DNA from: Nemertoderma westbladi
Taxonomy: Eukaryota > Animalia > Xenacoelomorpha
Reading direction: 5' to 3'
Assembly (NCBI GenBank): GCA_032718475.1
Contig: JAUCBJ010000795.1
Span: 1-64,000 of the forward strand
Length of the DNA stretch: 64,000 nucleotides
Position numbers and translations under genes: made by a program. A model generated the notes under the pieces. It saw only the letters and a program-made list of their open reading frames with translations, was not told where the DNA came from and ran no database searches. Of this stretch, positions 24,900 to 37,706 are shown piece after piece. Position 1 is the first letter of the stretch; each line of letters opens with the position of its first letter.

Positions 24900-25814
24900 C
24901 TACTCGGAGGGCTCCTCTTCTTCGACCACAGCTATAGGCGAGTAGTAGGATCCCGGCATCCGACCATTGGAGGTGGGGACAATGGGACGAGCGGGAGTGT
25001 TGGTCGAGGGAACAGTGGGCCCAGTCGGGGAAGTGGAGGGGTTCCCGAGTAGCGAATCTACGGGAGCAGAGCTGGCAGGAGGTGGAAGGAAGAGGCAATT
25101 TACATCTCGATCAGTCCCGATACGCATCGGCTTGTCTCCATTGCAGACGCGGGCAAATACGACGCCGTTGCGGGTATAAAACGAGTGGATTCGTGCCGCG
25201 CGATGTAGAGCGCGCAGCGATTTAACGAGCAGTGCACGACTCGCAATAAGGTGTTCAGTGATCGCGATCGGCTTAGCGAGATTCTTTTTATTCTGGAGAG
25301 CGCAGACGCGCTGACTGTGTCCGTAGCACCGGATGATCATGGTGCGGGCGCGGGGTTTAAGAGGTTTAGATCCATTAACCGAGTTCGGAGGGCGGACCGC
25401 GTTTCCTAATCGGTGGAAGACGTCAACGTCGTTGATCGACAATTTAAGTGGAGTAAGAACATCTGCGATGAGACTGGCCCTCTCGTTGGCGGAGTTGTTC
25501 TCCTCCGGTAGGTTGTGGACCAGGATGTTGTGACGGCGTTGGTAGACCTGCAACTCCTCATTTTCTACTAGGAGCGTGGTATTCTTTCGTTGAAATGACT
25601 CATTGTGCTTAATAAGGATCGCGTTATCAGACTCTAGATTGGAAATACGAGCAGTATTAGTTACGATTGCCTGACGTGCCTCCTTGAGTTCGTATCTAAA
25701 CTCATCCTGTAGCTCACGGAGCTCCCTGATTTCCTTCTGCAGCTCATCTTGGCCTGCGTGTAGGTCGTCCAGGCGGCGGAGGATTGCCTCACCAACATCC
25801 TTCCAGTTGGGCAT
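24900..25814 (-). CDS. LINE ORF1 (coiled coil + RRM + C-terminal domain)
   Basis: 304 aa: heptad-rich N-terminus, NILVHNLPE, HRLG, ITEHL, FYTRNGVVF, and a Pro/Ser/Thr-rich tail. Confidence 0.9.
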   Translation of the reverse strand: MPNWKDVGEAILRRLDDLHAGQDELQKEIRELRELQDEFRYELKEARQAIVTNTARISNLESDNAILIKHNESFQRKNTTLLVENEELQVYQRRHNILVHNLPEENNSANERASLIADVLTPLKLSINDVDVFHRLGNAVRPPNSVNGSKPLKPRARTMIIRCYGHSQRVCALQNKKNLAKPIAITEHLIASRALLVKSLRALHRAARIHSFYTRNGVVFARVCNGDKPMRIGTDRDVNCLFLPPPASSAPVDSLLGNPSTSPTGPTVPSTNTPARPIVPTSNGRMPGSYYSPIAVVEEEEPSE

Positions 25815-26006
25815 TCCGGACGGGGAGATTTGGAATATTAGCGAGTGATTAAAATATCGATAACGCTGTCTACCGGGGTAGTTTCTCGGTCTGAGTAAAA
25901 GTCCACTAGTCAGGCGAGCAGTACTAAGTATGCATTAGGACAGCACAGTACAGTATCAATAACACTTTCACGTTTATTATTAGATTCGATTCGATTATAG
26001 AGTTTG

Positions 26007-26390
26007 TAATAATAATAAATGAATTGTTGTGGGGTGAGTGACGGTTAATTTAAATATATAATGTAATAAATATGACAATATGATAATGCTCTCCATAGCG
26101 AAAAATGTAAACCGTCCCTACTGGGGCTCGAACCCGGTACCTAGGTTTCAAACTTCCGGTTATCATCGGCCGGGTGTGTTTTGCTTTGTTGTACTTTCCT
26201 TTTAGTGATTAGTTGGCCTAAATATGATATTCCACTCCATAGCGAAATCTTCATCCGATCTGGTAGCTCAGTACGCAAACCCGGCTGATGATAACCGGAA
26301 GTTTGAAACCTAGGTACCGGGTTCGAGCCCCAATAGGGTCGGTTGATATTTTTCGCTATGGAGAGCATTATCATATTGTCCTATTTATTA
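26007..26390. mobile_element. Short palindromic retro-insertion with hammerhead and Pol III-like boxes (retrozyme/SINE/Penelope pLTR-like)
   Basis: 14-bp direct repeat GATTATAGAGTTTG at 25993-26006 and 26391-26404. Inverted arms of about 112 bp at 26064-26175 and 26279-26390. (TAA)n at the left edge. Confidence 0.85.
26278..26323 (+). ncRNA. Minimal type I hammerhead ribozyme
   Basis: AACCCGG-CTGATGA-TAACCGGAAGTTT-GAAA-CCTAGG-TA^-CCGGGTT. Perfect 7-bp stem I, both core boxes, palindromic stem III and a GUA cleavage triplet. The stem II closing pair is a non-canonical U.U. Confidence 0.75.
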
Positions 26391-26554
26391 GATTATAGAG
26401 TTTGATCCAGTAGCTCTCAACGCAGTGTAACCACTACACCCCGGTTCAGGAGGTTAAGTAGTCGTCCCGCCGACGTTTAAATACCAAGATAGTGCAATCA
26501 GATAGATCACGAACAGCATGTGGGATCATATTAAACAGTCGTGGTCCTTAAACA

Positions 26555-28690
26555 TAATAATAATAATAATAAATGATATTTGTATTTGGTGTTGCAGGCG
26601 CCCTTAGGGAGTATTTACACTCTTATCAGGGCGCCTGCAGCTGCCGCACTAATCTAATTTACAATTACCGGTAAACAAAAGGGTTTTCAGTTCGCGTCTA
26701 AATGAGTCATAGGTCATCATGGATTCAGTTGATCGGGTCGATGGCGGTAGTTTATTCCACAAACGAGGGGCAAACGAGTAGAAGCTCTTCGATGCTAGGG
26801 TGTTTTTCACAAGTGGGACAGAAAGCTTTGAGAGATTGCTGGATCGCAACGTACGGGTATCCTCAAGGATAGATATTTCATTGCGCAAATAAGTCGGGGC
26901 AGTCCCGGACAGACATTTAAATGTGATACAAGCAAGCTTATAATTAATCCGTGATTCAATGGGCAGCCAGTGAAGGGATTTCAGCATTGCCGTTGCCGAG
27001 GTGTACTTGTATTGTCCATTGATAACACAATATCGCGGAGAATGAGTAACCAATCTTGCAGCGCTGTTTTGTATCATTTGTAGACGTTTAACTACTGATT
27101 TAGCGGATGTTTTAAGGACAGCGTTTGAATAGTCGATTCTGCTGGTTATGAATGCGTGGACTAGGGTTTCTAGAGCTGAAGTTGTAAGGTAAGCCCGAAT
27201 TTTATACAAAGACCGGATATAATATTTCGATTTCGCTGCTGTTGCTACTATCTGATCTTTAAATTTCAATTCACTATCAAACACAACTCCGAGAGATTTA
27301 ACCTTATCAGAGAAATCTATCTTAACGTTTCTGTATACAATTGTTCTGGCATTCAGAGGTATCTTCATTCTTTGTTGTTTCGTGCCATATACAATCAGTT
27401 CAGTTTTATCTGGGTTAATTTGTAGGTGATTAACGTCCATCCAATCAGCAACAATATGTAGCACAGCAGTGATACGAGTCTTCAGGGTCTCTATATCTTC
27501 AGCATATCCAGTCACAAAGAATTGTGTGTCATCAGCATAGTTGCACCTTTCACTCCTAATGCATCCACACGCCAGAACAGGTCAGTCATATACGCATTAT
27601 AAAGTGCTGGCCCAAGGATACTTCCCTGAGGCACGCCGGTTTAAAGCAATGTTTTATCAGATGTACTCTCATCAATTTTCACGCATTGTTGTCTGTCAGA
27701 TAAATAGGACTCAAAGAGATTAAGTGCAGCACCAGTGAACCCAAATTCTTTACTGAGCTTAAATATAAGGTTTTTGTGATGGACAGTGTCGAACGCCGCA
27801 CTCAAATCAATATAGGAGCACAAAGTAACTTGTTGATTTTCTATTCCCTTAAGAAATTTATTTAGAAGAAATAGATTAGCAGTTTCAGTGGAATGGTGCC
27901 GTCTGTAACCAGACTGTGTCTGGTGAAAAGCTAGCTGTGGTGTAGCTCTATAAAGTATCACTTTCTCAACTACCTTAGATAAGAAACTAAGGTTTGACAC
28001 TGGTCGATAATTTTTTAATATCTCAGCATCCAACTCCGGTTTCTTTAAGAGAGGTCTTACGATAGACAGTTTAAGAAAGGCTGGGAATTCCGCATCTGCT
28101 AAAACCATGTTTATATACATCGTTAAGGGCTGAATAACAACGGGAATTACTGATTTAAATAAAGGCGTTGGCATACAGTCCAGTTCGCAAGTTGCATTTG
28201 ACATCTTCCTTATGAGTTGAGCTAAGTCTTCCTCTTGAAAAGGCTGAAATTCACAAAAGTCTGTTTTATACAATTATTACATCGACTGCTCGTATTGAAT
28301 GTCAACATAATAGTGTTAATTTTTTCAGTGAAAAAATGTGAGAACTTTGTTGCTAACTCAGCACTATTGCCATGCTTAGTCGGTAAAACAAGGTTTCCTC
28401 CCTTTCCCAATAACCTTTTAAACTGTTTCCACAGAAGTTTTGAGTTAGTCGAATTGGTATTAATATAATCGCAGTAAAACGCCCTTGTAGAATCGCGAAG
28501 CAATTTCGCTAGGTCCGACTTTGCTATATTTAAATTAACTTTGTTCTGCTCAGTCAGTTCTTTGTGAAACGCAAGTTCACACCGTCTCTTCTTCTTCCGT
28601 TTAGTCTGGATCCCCTCCATATCTTCCTCCCTGATTTTCGAGTGTTTAGTGTTGATCTTTACAATCTTCTCGCAGAAGCTATTATTGTAG
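26555..28690 (-). mobile_element. 5'-truncated, frameshifted L2-clade LINE
   Basis: NYRPVSNL, DLSAAFDTV, PQGSILGP, YADD, NPDKTE, SRIDY, LHWLP across broken frames. 3' stem-loop GCAGGCGCCCT...AGGGCGCCTGC and a (TTA)n tail. Confidence 0.93.
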
Positions 28691-28824
28691 AGAGATATAA
28701 TGCGGCCGATATTTAGGAGACTGGGTATTACACGAAAAGTTAAAAAATAATTCCGAAAATTACACGTTTATTAGATTTAATTATTAGATGTCGATTTTAT
28801 CGTTGATGAGGAATTCGTTAGATT

Positions 28825-29190
28825 GGGCACCACGCAGCAAACTTCGCCCACGTCCAATCTTCGCCGGAGCAATATTCGCCCTCAAAATGAGCAACTATCA
28901 CCTGGCGGAAACCTTCGCCCGCATGCAATCTTTACCCACTAAACAATTACTGTTTTGGTTAGAAAAGCCGTCTCTGTAACCTGCTCCTTTCCCTCAATTA
29001 GTAACAACATCGTTTATTGTTTTGGTTAGAAAACCCCGTCTAAAAACCCGTTTATTTTCAGCCTGCTGCATTCCCTCAATTGGTAACTAAAATGGTTACT
29101 AACACAAATCTTATTGGGCGAAGATTGCCTTGCGGGCGAAGGTTACCCCCGGTGAAGGTTCGACGCGGCCAAAGGGTGCACCCAACCGAA
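28825..29190. mobile_element. MITE with (A)ATCTTCGCCC subterminal repeats
   Basis: TTCGCCC repeats on the left and GGGCGAAG repeats on the right. The core TTTATTGTTTTGGTTAGAAAA..GTAACCTGC also occurs at about 6110-6160 and, inverted, at about 61738-61780. Confidence 0.6.
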
Positions 29191-29194
29191 CCAT

Positions 29195-29265
29195 ACGCTC
29201 TCGGATTTTCCAAACATATGTAATGATATAGCGTTCACGCCTTCTTTCTAAATATAATAATGGTG
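29195..29265 (-). mobile_element. Tiny CR1-like ORF2 C-terminal relic
   Basis: LERRRERYIITYVWKI motif. Confidence 0.55.
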
Positions 29266-29707
29266 TAAGGGAACTCCTCCAGTAAAGGTCACTAGAGGGA
29301 CATCTTTCGTCGGGTGTGTGAGATATTTGAAAGACCATTATCCGATCCCTTAGGCGCTTCCCTAGTACAACTGTCGAATGTCTACCTCCCTACCCACGCG
29401 ACTTCCGGTTTCGCTCAGGGAACCTGCTGTCGGTCAACCAGTGGCCTGTCGAGGATATGTGTTAGACCCCGGAATCAGTGTAACAAATAAGAGGGTTGAA
29501 AAGATAAGAACCTAATCCACCAATGTTTTCTCTTTGGATACCATACCCGCACTTTGGATCTCGAGAGTCTAGAAATTCTTCGCTGGCCTTGAATCTGGAC
29601 GCACTTAAATCCAGGGGTTCGTAGGTCTAATAAGTCGAGTCGTTCTAAACGCGAATATATAATTATTGCAAATACCTTTCAAAGAAACCTGAATGTAAAT
29701 ATATTAG

Positions 29708-30005
29708 TAGGGATGTGAGTCAGAAAATGTTTGGAAATTTCCGGAAATTTCCTATAATCTTTCCGGAAATTTCCTCTTTTACTTTTACTTTTACTTTTAC
29801 TCTTTTAATTTATTTAGCACATTCTGAAAACATATAGTAAAACACAAGTAGAGTAAACATTACTAGTAAACAGTAGAAACATAAGGGATTCTTAGATGTG
29901 TTTAGGTGGTTCGTTGTCTTGTCTCTTGTGGTCGTAACTACGGATGAAATATACTTTTCCGGAAATTTCCTTGAATAACATAATTCAGGAAATCTCACAT
30001 CCATA
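29708..30005. mobile_element. hAT-type MITE, 298 bp
   Basis: TIRs TAGGGATGTGAG / CTCACATCCATA, flanks TATATTAG / TATATTAA (8-bp TSD with one mismatch), internal GGAAATTTCC repeats. Confidence 0.8.
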
Positions 30006-32835
30006 TATATTAAACGTGGAAATTAGAAATTTGAAGCATGTTCCTGTTTATATCGGTATAAAAACATCTGATCAAAAAATGCAAGAAACGAAAGTTAAAA
30101 AAATACAATTTCATAGGATACAAAAATATTTACTGTTTTTCACACGAACTTTTTGTTTTGCATTTAGGCCTATTTTGGGAAAAATAAGTGGTAAATTCAA
30201 AATAGCTATGTTCGGTTTCACTTCGGTTCCGGTTCGGCTCCTCCGTAGTTCGGCCGATCTTTATATTTGGGATCGTGGTGGGGTGGGGGGCCTGGGGCCT
30301 CGGCCCCTCCCCCCCCCCCCCCCCCCCCCCCCCATTCCTAAATACGGCCCTGCCTATTCATGGACGAACAGCTATTACTAACTGTGGCAAATATGTAACC
30401 TCACCAGGGCTACTCTCTCCAGAAAGAGAATTCAATTTTATTACTCAAGTAATGGAGCCGCAAAAATACCACTGACAGGTTTATTTTCAATTACTTAACT
30501 TATGTACTAAAATAAAATAAACGAGAGAAATTAAACCCCAATGAACCCTAATCCGGCCTGCCTTGGTTAAACTTTCACCAAAGCCCTATTCTGAGTTAGA
30601 ACCCCCACTGCATCGGTCCCAAAACATGCCCTGTACTTCCCTTTTATAAGTAGAAACTCCCTCATTCTGTCATCATCCACTAGTTCCCAACACGCGTGCT
30701 ACACCATAGCGCGGTCTGTCATACTAGCTGTAGGCTAGTGGGTACCGGTACTGCATAAGCAGTAGATAATTAACGCAGTCAGATTAGCGAACTGATCATA
30801 ATATTAAAGCTAAAATCAGTCTTTCACGGTACAATTACTGCATTATTATAGCGAAAAGTATAAAACAAAGCAGAATCAAAGATTACAGCAACATTCAACA
30901 ACAAAATCACATGACTTACTTCAAAGTAAATTATTATACTACTACTACTACTAGGTCGAGCGAACTCGGACATTAGGCCTATTATTATATAAATAATTAA
31001 TTAATAAATAGAATTAAATTATATAAATAAATAAGAATAACAACAATAAGCAAGAAGAATGAGTCACCAATAGTAAAGCAAAATCCTACTTTCATTGGAC
31101 CTCCCTAAATAGCTAAACCAATGAAAAAGCCGGATTATTGCCCTACTCGCTACTTTTCGCCTAGTGTTATTAACGTACCATATATGGATATGAAAGTGCT
31201 CTTTTGGGCTTCTAATAGACCCCTATACGAGCCATTTACGCAACAGTAAATTATTATAAAGGGATTAGTGTGGCTATACATTTTACTACCAAATTCTGTC
31301 GTGGTGGCATTTGGCATTCCTATTAAATATACACCGTAAATACACTGTGCATAAATACTACTCCTCCATTTCTTAACCATTTTTTGAAATTTTTTCTTCA
31401 TATGAAAGGTAATTTCATAAGATAATTCGATAATTATTACGATTTTATATGAATACTAAGTACGTACTGTATAGCTTAAATTTCCTTCCAAATAGCACTA
31501 ATATATTTCATATATAACAAAAACGTAAAAAATTCGGGGCTGTTTCTTAATTTCTAAATAATGGGCAATTACCAACGAAATGCGTACATACAATTAATTG
31601 CCTAGGCATTTTAACACACGTAGAGGACTAAAATTGCCATTTATAATGAGCAGATCATTTTTAAATATTTTCCAATGGATTCAGCGCCCCAGAAAACCTG
31701 TATTGAAAAAAGATTAACCGAAAATTTCAAATTTTTGGAAAATTGTTCTGCTTGAAATTTTGGTGCTACAAATAACAACCCCAGTAGAATTTTTCGAAAT
31801 TTTTTATTTTCGGTCGGATTCATACTAGTGAAATTAAAATCTAAATATAATTTTAGTTCGGTGGTGTAGGCCTACTTCCTTCATGTCAGACACTATTAAC
31901 CAACCAGACCCCATACAGTTAATTTTGTGCGGGAAGGTTTGAATTTTGAGGTGATTATCTCAGCTAGAATGACATTTTTTCGTACGAAAAATACTACTCC
32001 TCCATTTCTTAACCATTTTTTGCAATTTTTTCTTCATATGAAAGGTAATTTCATAAGCTTTAACAAATTCTCCATATTTTGAATGAAAAATTAGAAATAA
32101 CATGGGTTTTTTCAGTTTTTAAAAAATTTCGAATTTTTTTTCAAAATTGCCAATTATCAGAAATAGAAAACGAAAATACAAAAAGTGCATGAAAAATATG
32201 ATGTAAATGAACTGCTGGTTCCAGAAAATGTGGTATCGGAAAATAAAAATGGAAAATATGAAGGCGTAGGGCCTAGTCTTATTAGTGAAATTTTTAAAAT
32301 CTTCATTACGTGCTGCGCGAAGGCCCCACTTCTATAAATAGTTTGTGCTCATTGTTTATAGAGTAAAGAAATATAAAGTATATCGATATCGCCGATATCA
32401 CCGATAACAAAATTTATAAGTTCCGTGTTTATAGACTGAAGTTTAGCTTTGTTGGCCCTGGAATGTCATTGTCTCGTTTCCAATTCCGTATTCACATTGG
32501 TGGTTCCATCTGTAACGGCATTGTGGAAGTGTCTGTGACTTCCACCACAACCACACATCGACTATATTCATCTTGTTTATGCGACAATTCATCATTTAGC
32601 GATGCGATATAATTTGCGAAGGGAGATGAGCGATAGTCGCTATCTATGCTGTGTCTCTTTCGTCGATCTCTTGGTGTTTCTCTGTCTAAAGTTTGAATTT
32701 TCGGGATTTGGTAGGCCTTTTACTTCTTCTATATTATTTTAAGTATTTTACTGCAATCGTTTATATTATATCAGAAAAATATTAATATATATAAATTATT
32801 TTTATTACAATTTATTTAAATATAATATATTATAA

Positions 32836-34096
32836 ACTACTACTAGGTCGAGCGAACTCGGACAGTGGAAATGAGATCCTTCCAGGCTTCCCGATTCTCC
32901 AACTACTACTAGGTCGAGCGAACTCGGACAGTGGAAATGAGATCCTTCCAGGCTTCCCGATTCTCCATAGTTGTCGCAATTGCGTTTCTCCCAAGTTCAG
33001 TATCCCTTTCAAGTTGATCTATATATGTTATAGCCAGTCGTCCACGACTACGCTTTCCATGTGTTGGTTGCCAGACAAGTAGATCTGGTATGACCTCGTC
33101 TTTACTTCGCCAACAGTGCCCACTGAATCTTAATCTGCGTTAACGGGTGGTGGTTGATACAGGTGGTATTGTGTACCATAAATCTCGGCGTTTGTCATGT
33201 TTTGTCTCCAGCTGACGTTTAGGGCAGCGCCATTAGTAGTCTTGTGTGCAACCATCAATTCGGCATTCAAGTGATTTAGTCAGTGTCCAGGTCTCACCCC
33301 CGTATAAAAATACTCTTACCACTGTGGCTCCCACTTATGCGTTCTTGTAATGTGAATCCCAGATCTCCACCCTTTGTGGCCGTCCTCATTGAGTAATCAA
33401 GTACAATTACAAATAGTATTGGTGCTAATGTGTCACCTTGCAGTACGCCAGCCAGGACTGAGAAGAACTCAATTTCACCATCTGATGAGAGTACCTGAGC
33501 TTCTGTGTCACAATATAATAATCGAATGCAAGCCACAATTACCTCTGGTATTCCATAAGCTCTTAGAATTTCCGGCATTTTACCTCTATGGATTGAGTCG
33601 AAGGCCTTCTTGAAGTCCACAAAAGTCATGACTGCGGGGAGATTCTTTGACTTAATTCCCTCAATCAGTCTCCGTAGCGGAAGTATCTGAGCTATTGTTG
33701 ATCTATTTTGTCGAAATCCGTTTTGGCTCTTACGCAGTAGTTTCTCTGTGAGGCCTAATCCTATATAGAATCATTTTGTTATGTATTTTGGCAGCTACCA
33801 CAAGCAGGCAGATTTTAGCAGCTACCACAAGCAGACAGATCCCACGATAGTTTGTTGGTATACCGTGGTCTCCTTTCTTGGGGAGGGGCTTTAGTTGACC
33901 TTTAGTCCAAATTGGTGGTGGTTTTTCCCCTTTCAGCATCTGGTTGGAAACATTCAATAATGGTCTGTTTAGCACTCCGGTTTTCCTTACCTTCGCTGGG
34001 ATTTCATATAATCCACTCGCTTTATTATTGGACATGCTTTTAATGCTTCTTTGGAGTTCGACAGGTGTGAAGTCCCCTGTTTCTATAGGTAGTGTT
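32836..34096 (-). mobile_element. RTE family B fragment, internally deleted, with doubled 3' end
   Basis: NYRGICL, DFKKAFDSI, QGDTLAP and a (TAG)n tail. The FADD region is deleted. Confidence 0.9.
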
Positions 34097-37000
34097 ACTT
34101 TGGCTCTTACGCAGAAGTTTCTCTATGTGAGGCAAGCAAAATCCTACTTTCATTGGACCTCACTAAATAGCTAAACCAATGAAAAAGCCGGATTATTGGC
34201 CTACTCGCTACTTTTCGCCTAGTGTTATTAACGTACCATATATGGATATGAAAGTGCTCTTTTGGGCTTCTAATAGACCCCTACACGAGCGATTTACGTA
34301 ACAGTAAATTATTATAAAGGGATTAGTGTGGCTACACATTTTACTACCAAATTCTGTCGTGGTGGCATTTGGCATTCCTATTAAATATACACCGTAAATA
34401 CACTGTGCATTGGGTATGAATATAAGTATTGTGCCCAAGTAAATGCACCCGAAATGTCCCCTTATTCCTAATATGACCAAATAACTGTTAGTTCTTATAC
34501 TTCCCCCATTTCTTATGATAACTATTACGATTTTATATGAATACTAAGTACGTACTGTATAGCTTAAATTTCCTTCCAAATAGCACTAATATCTTTCATA
34601 TATAACAAAAACGTAAAAAATTCGGGGCTGTTTCTTAATTTCTAATTTCTTTTTCTAATTAATTTTCTAATTTATAATTTCTAAATATTCATAACTTTTG
34701 TTATGGAAATCCATAAAGAATCAAGCGTTGATGGTGCAAAATTACTGCAAAGACTAACGGTTTGTTGGTTTGAATCATTAATTTAATTTAATTCATTAAG
34801 GAAATTACCCTGGGTTGCCAGGGTAATATGTTCTAGAATAACGCAAAAAAATGAAGAGAGCTGCTGAGCTGAAGGTTTAAGAAGACGGTTGAACCGAGCC
34901 CGAATATCACGTCAGGCAAACGAGACTTACCGCTGCGCCGGTACTTCACTTTCCGTTCACTAGTACCCAAGGTATTGTTCGTGGTAATTTCCTGCACATT
35001 TAAGGCCCGGGTTCTTACCTTGAATCAATCCTCGCGCCCACGCGCTCTGGCCCTTCGCGATTTCAGGTACGGCCCGCCCCCCCTACTCCACTCTGCATAC
35101 TCCTACTCCACTTCCTCTCCACTCCGATTTTCGCGTTTTTAGAATATTCGGTGACGGTTCTATTTAAACACTATTCTGTGAACACTGTAGATATTTTTTT
35201 ATTATATTTTAATATTTTACATATATTTATCAACTAAATTAAATTCACCTTGCTAAATTAAGACGTAAACATACAATTGCTATTTTCACTTAATTAACAG
35301 CTTTAATTTCTTTGCATTTCAGTTATTATTTTTTGAAGATTTTGCAGATCTATTTTTAGACATCTTTTATTTAATAACTATCTGAACTGATTACATAATA
35401 TTAAAGCTAAAATCAGTCTTTCACGGTACAATTACTGCATTATTATAGCGAAAATTCGTAAAAAATTCGGGGCTGTTTCTTAATTTCTAAATAATGGGCA
35501 ATTACCAACTAAATGCGTACATACAATTGCCTAGGCATTTTAACACACGTAGAGGACTCAATTTCACCATCTGATGAGAGTACCTGAGCTTCTGTGTCAC
35601 AATATAATAATCGAATGCAAGCCACAATTACCTCTGGTATTCCATAAGCTCTTAGAATTTCCGGCATTTTACCTCTATGGATTGAGTCGAAGGCCTTCTT
35701 GAAGTCCACAAAAGTCATGACTGCGGGGAGATTCTTTGACTTAATTCTCAGTAAATACACTGTGCATTGGGTATGAATATAAGTATTGTGCCCAAGTAAA
35801 TGCACCCGAAATGTCCCCTTATTCCTAATGTGACCAAATAACTGTTAGTTCTTATACTTCCCCCATTTCTTATGATAACTATTACGATTTTATATGAATA
35901 CTAAGTACGTACTGTATAGCTTAAATTTCCTTCCAAATAGCACTAATATCTTTCATATATAACAAAAACGTAAAAAATTCGGGGCTGTTTCTTAATTTCT
36001 AATTTCTTTTTCTAATTAATTTTCTAATTTATAATTTCTAAATATTCATAACTTTTGTTATGGAAATCCATAAAGAATCAAGCGTTGATGGTGCAAAATT
36101 ACCGCAAAGACTAACGGTTTGTTGGTTTGAATCATTAATTTAATTTAATTCATTAAGGAAATTACCCTGGGTTGCCAGGGTAATATGTTCTAGAATAACG
36201 CAAAAAAATGAAGAGAGCTGCTGAGCTGAAGGTTTAAGAAGACGGTTGAACCGAGCCCGAATATCACGTCAGGCAAACGAGACTTACCGCTGCGCCGGTA
36301 CTTCACTTTCCGTTCACTAGTACCCAAGGTATTGTTCGTGGTAATTTCCTGCACATTTAAGGCCCGGGTTCTTACCTTGAATCAATCCTCGCGCCCACGC
36401 GCTCTGGCCCTTCGCGATTTCAGGTACGGCCCGCCCCCCCTACTCCACTCTGCTCGCTTCCTCTCCACTCCGATTTTCGCGTTTTTAGAATATTCGGTGA
36501 CGGTTCTATTTAAACACTATTCTGTGAACACTGTAGATATTTTTTTATTATATTTTAATATTTTACATATATTTATCAACTAAATTAAATTCACCTTGCT
36601 AAATTAAGACGTAAACATACAATTGCTATTTTCACTTAATTAACAGCTTTAATTTCTTTGCATTTCAGTTATTATTTTTTGAAGATTTTGCAGATCTATT
36701 TTTAGACATCTTTTATTTAATAACTATCTGAACTGATTACATAATATTAAAGCTAAAATCAGTCTTTCACGGTACAATTACTGCATTATTATAGCGAAAA
36801 TTCGTAAAAAATTCGGGGCTGTTTCTTAATTTCTAAATAATGGGCAATTACCAACTAAATGCGTACATACAATTGCCTAGGCATTTTAACACACGTAGAG
36901 GACTAAAATTGCCATTTATAATGATCAGATCATTTTTAAATATTTTCCAATGGATTCAGCGCCCCAGAAAACCTGTATTGAAAAAAGATTAACCGAAAAT

Positions 37001-37706
37001 TTCAATTTTTTTGAAAATTGTTCTACTTGAAATTTTGGTGCTACAAATAACAACCCCAGTAGAATTTTTCGAAATTTTTTATTTTCGGTCGGATTCATAC
37101 TAGTGAAATCAAAATCTAAATATAATTTTAGTTCGGTGGTGTAGGCCTACTTCCTTCATGTCAGACACTATTAACCAAACAGACCCCGTACAGGTAATTT
37201 TGAATTTTGAGGTGAATATCTCAGCTAGAATGACATTTTTTCGTACGAAAAATACTACTCCTCCATTTCTTAACCATTTTTTGCAATTTTTTATTCATAT
37301 GAAAGGTAATTTCATAAGCTTCAACAAATTCTCCATATTTTGAATGAAAAATTAGAAATAACATGGGTTTTTTAAATTTTTAAAAAATTTCGAATTTTTT
37401 TTTCAAAATTGCCAATTATCAGAAATAGAAAACGAAAATACAAAAAGTGCATGAAAAATATGATGTAAATGAACTGCTGGTTCCAGAAAATGTGGTATTG
37501 GAAAATAAAAATGGAAAATATGAAGGCGTAGGGCCTAGTCTTATTAGTGAAATTTTTAAAATCTTCATTACGTGCTGCGCGAAGGCCCCACTTCTATAAA
37601 TAGTTTGTGCTCATTGTTCAATAGAAAGTATATCGATATCACCGATAACAAAATTTATAAGTTCCGTGTTTATAGACTGAAGTTGAGCTTTGTTGGCCCT
37701 GGAATG

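Larger units (their letters stand above)
20783..26550 (-). mobile_element. Near full-length CR1-group (CR1/Crack-like) LINE; 5' end uncertain
   Basis: Two intact ORFs, a 3' UTR stem-loop (about 20879-20935), and an AATAAATAAA + (ACTCA)n tail at 20783-20816. Confidence 0.92.

Noticed and set aside
26255-26342. Functional tRNA gene
   Set aside because: A and B boxes are present, but there is no proper D-arm or anticodon arm and the T-stem is broken.
29395-29440. Second hammerhead on the minus strand (CGAAACCGGAAGTC)
   Set aside because: No CTGANGA box or stem I pairing.
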